DNA of 62,262 nt, the filler included, from Choristocarpus tenellus KU-1152 (taxonomy: Eukaryota > Protista > Phaeophyceae): assembly GCA_964200185.2 (NCBI GenBank). It is 13 parts of 13 records of this genome, joined end to end, with 100 filler letters (N's around TTAATTAATTAA, not from the genome) between each part and the next. Parts side by side here need not be neighbours in the genome. Positions count along the whole stretch, not along the records: positions 23,945 to 28,083 come from CAXNAD020016022.1; positions 28,184 to 32,038 come from CAXNAD020017554.1; positions 32,139 to 34,720 come from CAXNAD020026561.1; positions 34,821 to 48,585 come from CAXNAD020001373.1; 9 more parts are not named here. One strand, 5' to 3'. Positions 26,174 through 36,396 of this stretch are shown here, one piece after another; the stretch's first letter is position 1; every line of letters begins with the position of its first letter. The notes under the pieces were generated by a model, which did no database searches, was not told where the DNA came from, and saw nothing but the letters and a program-made list of their open reading frames with translations. A program made the translations under genes and the position numbers.

Positions 26174-26588
26174 AATGAACCGGTTGTCTATCTCGGTCAG
26201 TAGCTCTCGTGTTCAGGCAGTTATCTTACCTTACTGCCTGTGTTGGTTTGAAGGTAGCAGGGACGGTGGTATTGACCAAGGAGGATCCTTACTGGCGGTG
26301 CTCTCGTCATCGTCCCCGAAGGGTGGGTGGGTACTGTCGTCTTTGGGGGTGTGGGTGAAATCATGGCCTCTACAATGTGTTTCGTACAGAGATGATTTTT
26401 TTGGGTATAAATAGAGGTTGAGCTTGTGACACGGGATGGTCTGTAGATGACATGGTTTTGTTGAGTGTGTCGGGGGTTGTCTGGATCGGTTCTTGCGCCC
26501 CGCCCGCCTGCCCGCCTGCCTTTGTGTTGCTTGTGGAAATTGTGTTCCGGGGGCTCTATTTTGTAACTTCGATGCGGTGGAAGGAAGG

Positions 26589-26674
26589 CAACCGGGTTTG
26601 ATGATAATTGTCTCTGTTGACTTCGTCTCTGTCCACACTGATGCTCACGAAAGGCTGCAATTTCCTGACCGTTG
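26589..26674 (+). ncRNA. Box C/D snoRNA, copy 3 (divergent)
   Basis: Different terminal stem CAAC(C)GG/CCGTTG; TGATGA, TTGA, TGATGCTCACGAA, guide AGGCTGCAATTT, CTGA. Confidence 0.75.
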
Positions 26675-27116
26675 GAGCACCAGTGCGTCTTGGTTAGGAA
26701 CCCCCTTCTTGTGAAGTGCTGTATGGATGGGCACCAACATTTTGTCTTGAGCGTTGGAATCAGTGGTGGTGATATTTGATCAATGAGGAACCTTTGTTGG
26801 CGCTCACACGAAGCTCCTGGTTTTTTTTTTTATGGAAGGCTTTTTCGACTTGCCGTGGAATTTCTTGGTCCCGTTGGCCGGTGGTGACGTAAAGAGCGAT
26901 TTGTATCGCGCGCCGTGATTGTTGATTGTTTTTTTTGACGAAATGGGTCATAAATTTGGTGATTACAATTTTTATTTTTTATGTTAAGTAGTTGTGCAGA
27001 GCTGAGAGGCGTTGTTGTTCGCTGATGTTTGTTTGTTTCCGTTTTTGATGTGAATGGACTGCTTCGTACTTACTTTTACGGTCTCTATTTTTTTTTTTAC
27101 TTGGTGGCGAGAGCCA

Positions 27117-27204
27117 GCTGGGATGAAGATAAAGGAAACACTCGTTGACAAAACGCCTCCGTGCGTGATGATGCTCACGAAAAGACTACAATTCCCTGAC
27201 CAGC
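27117..27204 (+). ncRNA. Box C/D snoRNA, copy 4
   Basis: GCTGG/CCAGC stem, variant C box ATGAAGA, guide and D box identical to copy 2. Confidence 0.8.
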
Positions 27205-27546
27205 AAATGAACCGGTCGGTTGGTTGTCTATCTCGATCAGTGGGTCTTCTGTTGAAGCATGACGTGTCCGGGCTGCTGCCTGTATTTTTTGAGTGTTGGT
27301 ATTAGCGACGGCGATCATGACCAACGGTTATATTGCCCGAGAGGATTGTTGTTCGCGGGATTGCCTCTCCCTGTTTGTGCTGAATGATAAGACTCTCTTA
27401 CGTTCGTTCTGCCGTGTGTAGTGGCTGGATCGGTGATCGGATGGCATCTTCGTGTTCATCGAGCTCATGTGCCTCGAGTCTGTTTTTCTTTTTCATTGTG
27501 TCTTGCTTGCGTTGAACGATTGTTCGCGGGCGGTGTGACGGAGGTG

Positions 27547-27633
27547 GCTGGGGTGATGATAAAAAAAACATTCATTGACAAACGCCTCCGTGCGTGATGA
27601 TGCTCACGAAAAGACTACAATTCCCTGACCAGC
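27547..27633 (+). ncRNA. Box C/D snoRNA, copy 5
   Basis: GCTGG-G-GTGATGA...AGACTACAATTCC-CTGA-CCAGC; nearly identical to copy 2. Confidence 0.88.
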
Positions 27634-28183
27634 AACGTAACGTAACTGTCGCGACGACGACGCCTCTGAGCGCTTTTTTTTACTCTGATGGACTCTAAAT
27701 GCGATGTTGTTGTGAAATGTCTTTTTATTTTATTTTTTATTTTTTTTTGTTTAACCCCTCGTCAAGATCCCTTCGTAAAAAAAAAAAAGGGGAACCGAAA
27801 GATTGCCTCGGTTGAGAGAGTGTTGCCAACTTCACAATCGCAGGGGATGGTGAATGGTAAACCCCCCAGGTGTATCCAGCACAATAGTGAGGAGTGTGTA
27901 ATTTGCCCTTTGTGACTTCTACGCAAAGGCGACCCGGAGTTGATCCTTGTTTGACAGACCCGTCGCGAGTGTTTTCCCTTTTGTTTTGTAGATGGTGTGT
28001 CTTGTACAGTGGGCGGGGGGATTTTTAAAGATCAAGGTGTTTTGTTACAAACAGGAACTCTATGATAGTTTTTGCGAAGGGGGNNNNNNNNNNNNNNNNN
28101 NNNNNNNNNNNNNNNNNNNNNNNNNNNTTAATTAATTAANNNNNNNNNNNNNNNNNNNNNNNNNNNNNNNNNNNNNNNNNNNN

Positions 28184-31092
28184 GGGGGGAGGTGGACATG
28201 GACATGGGCGTGAGAGGTGCTTCTTGACAGTTGGACTGGTTATTGATGGGGTGTTGTCTGGGAGGGTCGTGGACAAAGGTCCTCCGGCAGAGGACACACA
28301 AGGAGCGACCAAGTTCAGACAGTTCTGGGGGGACAAGAGTGAGCTGAGGAGGTATGTATATGTGTATGCATGTGTACTTTGTATGTGTGTGTATGTTGAT
28401 ATGTATGTATGTTTGTGTATATTTATGTATGTATGTATGTATGTATGTGTATGTGTTTGTATGGTGTATGTGTGTTCGAGATAGGTTGTACTTTTGTTGG
28501 GGTGGGGGTGCAGTCCATGACTCAGACATGGAGTTCAAGGCTTAGGATAAGGTCTTGTTTTTTATTTTTTAAAAAGAGTTAGGGTTAGGGTTAGGGTTAG
28601 GGTCAGTTGGATTACTTGTATGTTTTGTTGGGTTAGGGTCAGTGGAATTACCATGACATGGTGATACAACGGATTTTGATGTAAATGGACCTGTGGTTGG
28701 AAATAAGAAGAATTAAAAATAAAAATAGGCTATGGTCAGGGGTCATCTCAATACAATGCAGGGGTTAGGGTTAGGGTTAGGGTTGTAGGTAACGTTTGTC
28801 TTGAGAAGTTATGTTACTGTTAGCAGGGAATTTTTTGTCAAGATTTGAAGAGATACACAGAGGGTACAACCCTAACCCTAACCATAACCGTGTGTTACGA
28901 GACAGGCATGGTTTGGACATGCTATTGACACCCCCGGAGAGACATTCGATCTGCTGCTTTTTTAAATAATAATAAAAATAATACTAATTTTCCAATAGTA
29001 TTGATAATAATTTTTCCAATGTGGTCCAAGCTTGTCTGGGAAAAAACAATGAATGTTTGTAGGGACATAATATATTCTTATAATACCTACTCCGGAGTAT
29101 AGTTTAAAAGAAACCGTACATCAAGATTTTATTTTTCTAAATGTATAAATAAATAATATTCTGAATATTCGTATGGCACAACACATGTTTCGGGACGCCT
29201 GGCCTGAACCCAACCCTAACCCTAACCCTAATACCGCTTTTGTTTATTTATTTTTTATTGCTTTTGTTTTTGTTCTTGTTGCACAGGTTTAAGGATGGTA
29301 GCATTGTGGAGGCTGTTGTCTGGAAGGGGCAGGGGGCACTCAAGCACCGAGTTGTGGAGGAAGTAAGTGAGAGGGGTTGGTTTTCTCATTGTGGATTTTT
29401 GTATTTTTATTTTTATTTTTATTGATTTTTGGGGTTTGAATATTATTTTAAACCTTGTTAAATTTTTTTTTTTTCTGTGTCGAGGATGTGAGTGTATGTA
29501 TGTATGTATAACAGACAAGTATTATTTATATTATTGTGTGATTGGCTGAATGTATGTATGTATGTATGTATGTATGTATGTATGTGTAACAGACAAGAAT
29601 TATTTATATTATGGTGTGATTGACTGACTATATGTATGTATGTATAACAGACAAGTATTATTTATATTATTGTGTGATTGGCTGAATGTATGTATGTATG
29701 TATAACAGACAAGAATTATTTATATTATTGTGTGATTGACTGACTATATGTATGTATGTGTAACAGACAAGAATATTTATATTATGGTGTGATTGACTGA
29801 CTATATGTATTTATGTATAACAGACAAGAATTATTTATATTATTGTGTGATTGACTGACTATATATATGTATAACAGACAAGTATTATTTATATTATTGT
29901 GTGATTGGCTGAATGTATGTATGTATGCATGTATAACAGACAAGAATTATTTATATTATTGTGTGATTGACTGACTATATATATGTATAACAGACAAGTA
30001 TTATTTATATTATTGTAATACCCTAACCCTAACCCTAACCCTTACAGCAAGTGGCACACGAGTTTGTACAGGCGTATTCATGCAGACAATCCCATATAGT
30101 TTTTTTTTGGGGGGGGGTTGGGTTAGGGTTTGGTTTAGGGTTAAGGGTTGTGATAGTGATCGCTGAGGTGGCTATCCTTAAACAAAAATCCTAAAATAAA
30201 AATTCGGATTTATTTGTAGTTGTGTTGGTATTGAGTTGTGTTTTGCTGTGGGGAAGTGTTGTGAGGGGCGCTAGGGTTAGGGTTTTCGCATCAGTGATCG
30301 TCAGTGCATTTTTTATTTTATTTTGATTTAACATAACATTTAACACAATATTTAACATAATATTTTTTTGAGATTAATAAAAAAAATTCCGCTTGTGAAG
30401 AAATCAGTAGGTGACTTCTTTTTTGACCCAATGAGATTTGTACTGTGTAGTGCGTTATTTTTTAAATATTCCATTTTTGAATTGTGTTCCATAATGTAAT
30501 GCTTTAAGGGTGTGATGATAGGATACAGTACTGTTGTAAATAAAATATAAAATAATTTTAGTCTCTTTGGTCTGAGATAGGTCTTGACACTTGACACTTG
30601 ACAGGTCTTGACACTTTTGTCCTCTTTGTTGTAGATGTACCCATCCTCTTACAGTGGGGGGTTAAATATATCAACCCTTGTTAATAAGAAGTCTAATTTT
30701 TGCTTGTATGATGATTCTATTTTTTTATTTTGTTCCTTTTTTAGTTTTTTTTGGACTGTCTCTATTATTACTTTGATTATCTATATTGTGTATGATTATT
30801 ATTATTTTATCATATACATACGTATGTTGTGCATGATTCCCTTCCCCCTGGCTCTACCAAGTGTACTACTGGCTCTATTTCTAATTCCTCATCGCCTTCC
30901 CATACGCTGGTCTATCGTTGGGTTCGGCCTGCCAAGGTGGTGAGGCATGTTCTTGCCCGCCATGATCCTGGTAGATGTGGTGGTGTTGATGGACGGGTTC
31001 GGGTTCGTTTTTGTTCCAATCAGGTCGTTGGACTTGTGTCTGTTGCTGGGGAGGAGGGGAGGGGGGAAAGGCATTCTACAAAGGGGGTAGAG
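28184..31092 (+). CDS. NOL6: Nucleolar protein 6 / Utp22 (Nrap), internal exons 28184-28351, 29287-29362, 30937-31092
   Basis: Spliced VDKGPPAEDTQGATKFRQFWGDKSELRR|FKDGSIVEAVVW...HRVVEE|VVRHVLARH matches the Nrap/Utp22 signature FRxFWGxKxELRRFxDGxIxExVVW; splice phases are consistent. Confidence 0.9.
29490..30017. repeat. Compound intronic minisatellite (about 55-65-bp unit with a variable TATG tract, about 9 copies)
   Basis: TAACAGACAAG(T/A)ATTATTTATATTATTGTGTGATTG(G/A)CTGA separated by (TATG)n. Confidence 0.92.
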
Positions 31093-33193
31093 GTGAGTGT
31101 CGGGACAAGGTATTATTATTTGGTGAGTATTCATTCACATTTTTTTTTTTTGTCAGAACATGGAACAACCGTAGGGCAGGCGTGTGTATGGTGTGCATAC
31201 TGTACCCTTGTTTGTACCCTTATTGATGTAGAGGATATCAACTGAAGTGGTGTTTGATGTACATACTCTGCTGTACCCTCTTGTATGTACCCTTATTTGT
31301 CGCACGAAAGTGAAGTGTATTAATAATAATAATGATATGATTCTTGTGACAAATTTGATTAATCCAATTTGTGTGTTGCAACTCTCCGTGCCCGGTGGTG
31401 TTACCTTTTTTAATTTTTAATTTTTAATTTTTATCTTTTTTAGAATTTTTTGTGACTCAAAAGATGTTAAGTGCTTGATACGCATACTCTACCTGACACT
31501 CGCGGTATAGTAGGTTTTTGTAATACTTCCGGCGTATGTGCTTCCAGAATGGTGCTTCTAGACAGCCTGAGCAGGAGATTTGACTTTGCTAATACAATAG
31601 ACAGGAAGGAACTGAAATGACTTCACTTCATTGATCCAAATAAAAAAAAAGAAATGTGTACACCTGCTGTTGGGTATCATCTGTTGTACGTTTTGCAATG
31701 CGTTTTGAATTTAACGTCCCGTTCGTGACAAGTCTGTGTGGGTTTGGCCATCGTTGTTTCTGGTCAAGTGGTTACGGAGTTCTGTCCTGTCTTTTCTGTA
31801 AAATAAAAAAAATAGTCAAGGTAGATATGCACATACATGCGTGTGTATGTATGTATGTATGTGTGTATATGTAATGGTCTTCAAATGTTTCTTTTGTGTT
31901 TATTTTACTCTAGCACTCGCTACATAGCTCAGAAAAAAAAATGTAGGTGTGTGTGTTGATGGAATTTGTGATGGATGGATGGATGGATGGCCTGGAACAA
32001 AAGAAAATAGGCTAGCGGGTCAAAGTATCTGGGGGGGGNNNNNNNNNNNNNNNNNNNNNNNNNNNNNNNNNNNNNNNNNNNNTTAATTAATTAANNNNNN
32101 NNNNNNNNNNNNNNNNNNNNNNNNNNNNNNNNNNNNNNCTCCCCCCCCCCAGATACTTTGAGCCAAAAACGTATTCTGGATTAGTAACAATCACCGCCAG
32201 CCCAATAGGTTGCTAAACCATAATTTCAACTAATCCAATCAATCACTTACACTACATACTTACAACCCCGAGCTAACACTTCCAAGCGTAGAAACCACAC
32301 CAGGGTAAGTTCAAGTAATTCCCTGGTACCCAATATCATTTCCTGGCTGCCCCTTCCTACTACTACACAGTACCAAATCATATCTGATTCTCACCATTAC
32401 ACCTTTGAAGTCCATACATGCACCATCTAAGCAGAGCATTCCTTCCATACCTCAGAAAACAAGACACTCATGGAACACACAACTTGACCTTACTTTATTA
32501 CTTTATTGGTGTTTAACACACACACACACACACACACGCACGCACGCACACACACACACACACAAAAAAAAAAAAATGTCGAAAGCAACTCCATCACCTG
32601 CAACACGCGTGTTTGTCAGTGTGTGTGTGGGATGCCGGAATGCATCCACCACCCACATGAGAGTCTCGGACGAGATGTGCATCACATTCCTCTGCCATCG
32701 CCCTTGATAGACAACGATTGCGTGAAGAGGGAAAGAAACATAAGTAGTGCCCAACCATAGCGTGCCCCACGCCAGCGAGATTTGTGGCATTAATAAAGTG
32801 TGCCGCCAAGAACAATGGACGGATGCTACGTATCGAGTTGGATCAACTATTTGTTGAACAACTGAGGTAGAGTGGAGAGAACAGGCACGGGACCGTTTTT
32901 GTCAGGCGAGGGGGGGGGGTGGATGCGTGTCGTCAGCGGGTGTAGTAACGGGTGCAACTTTTTTAATCTTTTAATTTTTGTGTTTTGTTTTTCATTCTTC
33001 TGTTGATATATATATATATATATTTACTTTATATTCCTCTATTAAACAGATATTAAAAGAAAAATATATTATCGGAGGGAGCCGGGTGCGTTGCGGAATA
33101 ATAATAATAATAATAATAATAATATAATTTTGGAGGCGAAATCGTTGCTTTGGTGATGCTTTTTTGGAGAGTGGGCATTTTTTGTTGTTGCAG

Positions 33194-33896
33194 ATGGGCC
33201 TGGCTGAATGTTTGCTGGACAAAGGGACATCGCCCAGAACAACGAATGGTTCTGAGCACTGATTGCCCTGTCTACAGATGTTGTGTGAAAGTGTTGTGCT
33301 AGGCAACGGGTATTGTAGAGAGCAACTAGCCTCCGAACATGACCCTCGTAACAGACATTGGAGATCAAAACAACCCTAACATTGTAATGGACAACAGGTG
33401 TTGCAGGCTGAGTACAGTCCAAAGTTCTAGAGCAACAGAAGCAATACGCGTGACGTTTTTTTGCGGGTTGTGCTGCAATGGCTACACCAATAGGATGGCC
33501 AACACGCCATGTTGAGCCAATGAAACGCGGTCAAAAACTGTAACACAACACACCACGGTACCTCTTTAAGGCCACGGGATATTTCAATACTCAATAGAAA
33601 CTAATCTCCGCCTGCGATAAACCTGTCCGTCCAAGGCTCTCTGCTGGATGTCTTCAAGAAGACAGAGGCTAAGGCTACGGCGATCGTGTCTGTTGGGGAA
33701 GCAGAGGATGATGGCTCAGGGTTCTCTGTTAATGTCTCTTTTCAAAACCGATTGAACGGTGGGTACAGCAATCTTCATGTGGTGTCGTGTTTAGGGGCTT
33801 GATTTATCTGACCGTCCGTCCGTCCGTCCGTCTGCCTGCCTGCCTGCCTGCCTACAGTTTGTGTGCATTTCTGTGTTTGTGTTTATGTAATGCATG

Positions 33897-33936
<40 letters not shown>

Positions 33937-34220
33937 TGTGTAGGTCTCATCGTTGGGTGTGATGATGATTATACTGTAAGAGTACATGCAATGAATAAAT
34001 ACCCCTTGTAGGGATAGAGGTTAGGGTTAGGGTTTCATGTACAGATGATCGAAAATACGATTTCTGTGCTCCCTGTAACGATGATCTCAAGTAACTGTTT
34101 CTTATTGCCCCCCCTCGTACTTACTTGGACAAGCTTCGCCTGAGTCCCCTGTGGAAACCCTGCCGCCAGGAACTGGAATGGTGATCACAGCTGATCTGGA
34201 GGCAAATGGAGGCGCATCAG
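33194..34220 (+). CDS. Unknown multi-exon protein fragment; exons 33194-33248, 33636-33758, 34134-34220
   Basis: Phase-1 junctions give MGLAECLLDKGTSPRTTNG|SLLDVFKKTEAKATAIVSVGEAEDDGSGFSVNVSFQNRLN|ASPESPVETLPPGTGMVITADLEANGGAS. The first exon's donor (GTTCTG) is weak. Confidence 0.45.
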
Positions 34221-36396
34221 GTGGGGATGAAACATCGAGATAAACTATTAACACCAGAGGTCTTGAGCAGTGTTTGCCTGACCAAGAAGCCAATAAAACC
34301 TCTTTAGCTTCCATTTGATGTAGACCTTTACTTACCAGTTCTTGGTTCTTGGTTTACTACATCAGCATGCCTGGCCATGATCTATGTAGCTTATTGCAGA
34401 AAGGCATTGCCTGAGTGTGCCACGGGCAAAAGCCCCTTGTGTCCATGTTGAACCCAAAGTGCATGAGAGGAAGTCAGGTTAAGGCCGTTTTTTGCTTTTT
34501 AATGTGCGGGGGTTTCCTCTTGTTCCTGCGGACGAAGGAGTCCTAAGTTTGACTTGAGAGTGTTGAATCACCTATCTCTCGGAAATTTTGAACAAAGTAA
34601 AAATTCAGAAGAAGTCCCCAGGCACATTTGTACAAAGGCTCAAAGTATCTGGGGGGGGGGGGGGAGGGGGCTGTCCATTTCGGAGATCGGAAGACGGGGG
34701 GGGGGGAAAGGGTGGAGATCNNNNNNNNNNNNNNNNNNNNNNNNNNNNNNNNNNNNNNNNNNNNTTAATTAATTAANNNNNNNNNNNNNNNNNNNNNNNN
34801 NNNNNNNNNNNNNNNNNNNNACAAACTCGAGGTGCTTCAAGCCGTCTAAGTAGGGCTCTTATGGGGTGATTTTGAGACCAGAACTGGGCATGCCAAGGGT
34901 CACAACGTCGACATGGCAACCTCCCCATCGACCCCCCTGCATAGGAAGGGTGCCCATCTGTCCCTGAATACCAGGGTTGCGGCACAACCTCGCGATGGTC
35001 CCTGGTGAGAATAAACTGCCGCAACACGTTGGACTGGCCCTCACAGCGGAGTTTGGAGCGTCCGAGTGTTACATGCGAGGGCTCTGAGAGGATGTCGCTG
35101 ATCAGCTTGCCTGTGGCTACAAGGTTGACCTAGGGGTGGCGGCAGGTAGTGGGCGACCTTCAGAGCTCACAACGAGAGCTCACAACGACCAAGATGGCTG
35201 CAATACATAGTATCAACTCTGATAATTGGTCATCCACAGTGTGTCAGATGACAATGAAGATGGCCGCAGTTCTTCGAAATGCCAGGTGATGGGGGAGCGA
35301 TTGGGGTCCATCAAGGGGATGGTGAAGGTCATTAAGGACGAGTATTAGGAGTATGATGAAACCACACTTGAGAGGGCTTGGTAGCTCATTTTTGTGGTGT
35401 ACAATCAACTACTTAGATACAAAGGGGGGAATGACTTCAGTGCAGAGCACACAAGGGTAAGGAAGAGGCAGTTGTCTGGTGAGCTTGAAAACACACCGAA
35501 GGTAGACATGGAGGCTTTTTCTTTGGCTGATAAAATTGTGAGGGATGGGGAGTAATAATAAAAAAAAGAACTGACCCTAACCAGAAATTCGTCAAGGCTT
35601 CCAAAACTTCTTTCAGAAATGAAGTTCATCATCTTCAAAAATTATGGACAATGCGGCACAGACTTATGGCATAGATGTAGTACAAATAAACTATATCCAG
35701 GCAAAGCACCTTGTACACCAAACTCATTGACAGAAATTGAGAGGAGCACCAAACATAACAGCATACTGAGCCAACGAAAATGAGGGGTGCACAGGTCTTG
35801 ACTGTTTCACATTTCTAGTTGCTCCTTTAGCCTTTTACATTTCACCCTTATTTCTTATGGATCAAGCTAGAATTTTTTTTTTCTTGTTTGTCGGCATCCT
35901 TAACAATGTAACCCTGGGTATCTCTTGTTTACTTAGGGTTAGGGTTTAGGCTCTTTATTGGTCACTGTTGAAACTATCTCACCACTACCAAGCCCAAGTT
36001 TAGATGTGATTTGAAGTAGTAGAACTGGGTGTGACAACAACTTAATATAGGTTAAGTTTCTACCATTGAAAGGTTCCACACAAGTGCAGACCTACAACAC
36101 TCCTCAGATGGCTTGCCCATACCCATTGCATCCCAAGAGGCTTCCTTTCTACTACAAATAAAGATGGAACCGTACAGTTGCATAACATTGCAGAAAAAAG
36201 AGGTTGGGGCATCAAATTCAGGAAATCTTACAAGACACAAACGCACAAACACACAAACAACAAAATGAGTGTGCATCACAATACCCAGACATAAAGATCA
36301 CCCCACAGTCATTGCAGTTGTATTTACATTCTCACTGACAAACCTTCACCAAGAACTCAAAAAGCACCTCTTCCATGCAACATGTTGTCATTTCAC

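Noticed and set aside
24687-27633. The repeated islands as a CRISPR array
   Set aside because: Repeats are about 85 nt with C/D boxes, the spacers are 340-450 nt or longer and partly homologous to each other, there are no cas genes, and the context is eukaryotic.
27843-27946. Additional C/D snoRNA candidates (ATGGTGA...TTGA here; GTGATGA...CTGA at 24160-24246)
   Set aside because: Degenerate boxes or weak stems, single copy, and no recognisable guide.
27547-28351. Functional linkage of the snoRNA array with the adjacent NOL6 ribosome-biogenesis gene
   Set aside because: They are separated by an artificial spacer (28084-28183), so the adjacency is an artefact of concatenation.
34821-35200. 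Possible DIRS-type methyltransferase fragment (PWHAQFW)
   Set aside because: A single weak motif at a contig edge; not enough support.
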